Shown here: one piece after another, positions 59,059 through 60,441 of the stretch
How the letters are laid out: each line of letters opens with the position of its first letter
Position numbering within the stretch: position 1 is the first letter of the stretch
Origin: an uncultured Mycoplasmatota bacterium
Lineage (GTDB): Bacteria; Bacillota_I; Bacilli_A; RF39; UBA660
DNA: 60,441 bases
Direction of reading: 5' to 3'
NCBI GenBank assembly: GCA_947166445.1
Contig: CAMVED010000006.1
Coordinates: 1-60,441 of the forward strand
Made by a program: the position numbers and the translations under genes
The notes under the pieces: generated by a model
Told to the model about the DNA's origin: nothing
Database searches by the model: none
The model's input: the letters and a program-made list of their open reading frames with translations, nothing else

Positions 59059-60441
59059 GTTCTATATTTTGATTTATCATATCAACTAAATTATTAGTAT
59101 AATTAGTAGTATCGACTTGAATATTTGGGGCTTGATTATTTGTATCCTCACTTATTCTTAATGAATTAAAAACATTATCATCAAATAAGTTTTGATTAGC
59201 ACCAACATTTCCATAAAATTGGTTATTTTGAACAGGTTCTATAATTTGATTATCAGGTAGTGCAGCCTGATTATTTGGAACAGGAACAACATCTTGACTA
59301 CCATTGTTTTGATGATTTTGAACATTATCTTGATTAGAACTATCCATTATATTTCCAGAAATGTCATCATAGTCATCATCGTCCACTAAACGGAAGACTT
59401 CTTTTAAATCAGTTATTCCTTCCATAACTTTTATAAGTCCATCTTGCAATAAGTTTCTAACATTTTTATTCTTGGAATATATTAACTCTTTTAACTTGTC
59501 ACGACCAATATCTTTGTTAATTGCATCCCTTATTTCCTCATTTATCAATAATACTTCTTGTAAAGCAATTCTTCCTGTATAACCATTATGACAATGTTCG
59601 CATCTTCCTGCTTCAAATATGGTTTCAATATCAACACCTAAAGTCTTTTTAAATAATGTTTTTTCAGTCTCATTAGCAGGTCTTTGAATTCTACAATAAG
59701 GGCAAAGCCTTTTAGCAAGTGTTTGAGAAATGATTCCCTTCAAAGAAGAAGACAACAAGTATCGTTCAACATCCATATCAACAAGTCTTTCGATAGTAGT
59801 AAGAGAGTTGTTAGTGTGTAAAGTTGACAAAACCAAGTGTCCTGTAATGGAAGCACGAACAGCTATTTTTGCAGTTTCACTATCACGAATTTCTCCGATT
59901 AGAATTATATTCGGATCTTGCCTTAATATTGAACGAAGAACAGCTGCAAAGTCAAGTCCAATTTCAGAATTTACTTGTACTTGGTTTAACCCTTCGATAC
60001 TCATTTCTACCGGATCTTCAACAGTTATAATATTTACTTCTTCTTTATTTAATTTTTGAAGCATTGAATAAACAGTTGTAGATTTACCAGAACCAGTAGC
60101 ACCAGTTATTAAAATAATCCCATTAGGATTAGCAAGCATTTCCATTATTGTGTTATAATTCTCGCCAGTAAATCCTAAAGTTTCGATTCCTTGCAAACTC
60201 ATTGAATAATCAAGAATTCTTATAACAATCTTTTCTCCAAAACTAGTAGGTAATGCAGAAACACGCAAGTCTAAATCTTTTCCTTCGATAACACTTTTTA
60301 TAGCACCATCTTGAGGCAAACGTGATTCTGTAATATTCATACCTGCAAGAAGTTTAACTCTAGTGGTTAAATTTCTCTTGTATTTGTTATCAACAATTGT
60401 ATAATCTCTTAAATCTCCATCTATTCTAATTCTGATTTTTA
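59039..60441 (-). CDS. pilB: 5'-truncated PilB/GspE-family assembly ATPase with N/Q-rich tail
   Basis: The frame is open to the window edge (RIRIDG...RLPQDG). GATGSGKST, EDPVE, LRQDP, GHLVLSTLH and CPYC/CEHC motifs. Confidence 0.92.
   Translation of the reverse strand, partial: KIRIRIDGDLRDYTIVDNKYKRNLTTRVKLLAGMNITESRLPQDGAIKSVIEGKDLDLRVSALPTSFGEKIVIRILDYSMSLQGIETLGFTGENYNTIMEMLANPNGIILITGATGSGKSTTVYSMLQKLNKEEVNIITVEDPVEMSIEGLNQVQVNSEIGLDFAAVLRSILRQDPNIILIGEIRDSETAKIAVRASITGHLVLSTLHTNNSLTTIERLVDMDVERYLLSSSLKGIISQTLAKRLCPYCRIQRPANETEKTLFKKTLGVDIETIFEAGRCEHCHNGYTGRIALQEVLLINEEIRDAINKDIGRDKLKELIYSKNKNVRNLLQDGLIKVMEGITDLKEVFRLVDDDDYDDISGNIMDSSNQDNVQNHQNNGSQDVVPVPNNQAALPDNQIIEPVQNNQFYGNVGANQNLFDDNVFNSLRISEDTNNQAPNIQVDTTNYTNNLVDMINQNIEQNQANN

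Noticed and set aside
82-60059. Many 60-150 aa ORFs antisense to or nested in real genes (e.g. 416-601, 12422-12739, 21697-22146, 40183-40587, 43978-44397, 59730-60059)
   Set aside because: Shadow ORFs fully overlapping well-supported genes, with no RBS or motifs; expected from codon bias.
1-60441. Mollicute-type TGA=Trp recoding, suggested by the very low GC
   Set aside because: TGA terminates prsW, spoIIP and recU (the last two with ATGA coupling), Trp is encoded by TGG, and core genes are full length in code 11.
1-60441. CRISPR array, tRNA/rRNA, IS, integrase or prophage
   Set aside because: No regularly spaced repeats, cloverleaf or rRNA motifs, or recombinase/transposase ORFs seen; intergenic spaces are too short.

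Overview
A 60 kb, very AT-rich chromosomal segment of a small-genome, low-GC Bacillota (Bacilli). Compact genes, AGGTGA/AGGAGG RBSs, type-B RNase P RNA and Cys-rich surface proteins resemble the uncultured RF39-like gut Bacilli; this assignment is inference. Genetic code 11 applies (TGA is a stop). Most of it is core genome: murT-gatD, tig, thiI, addAB, phosphoketolase, rimM-trmD, fmt, RNase J, LCP-ponA-recU, gpsB-rnpB-rodZ-pgsA-recA-rny, rpsT, tkt, lon and priA. Two modules are dispersed through it. (1) Endosporulation: alpha/beta-SASP, gpr, spoIIP, two CotY/Z-like coat paralogs, YqfQ-like, Cse60-like and an orphan histidine kinase, with recognisable sigmaG/sigmaE/sigmaK-like promoters and Spo0A boxes. 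(2) Type IV pilus and surface display: a truncated pilin-like adhesin, PilC, PilD, a truncated PilB, a sortase and an NPETG substrate. I found no CRISPR, tRNA, rRNA, IS, integrase or reverse transcriptase. The most notable observations are several pseudo-enzymes with catalytic residues replaced (GatD without Cys/His, a membrane-anchored PTS EIIB without Cys next to a Spo0A-boxed kinase, a tandem thioredoxin fold without CxxC), a perfect palindrome inside a Bro-N gene inserted between recA and rny, a candidate sRNA, an unannotated 33-aa ORF, and a duplicated ultra-compact promoter-RBS module. All calls are from reading motifs by eye; no database searches were run.
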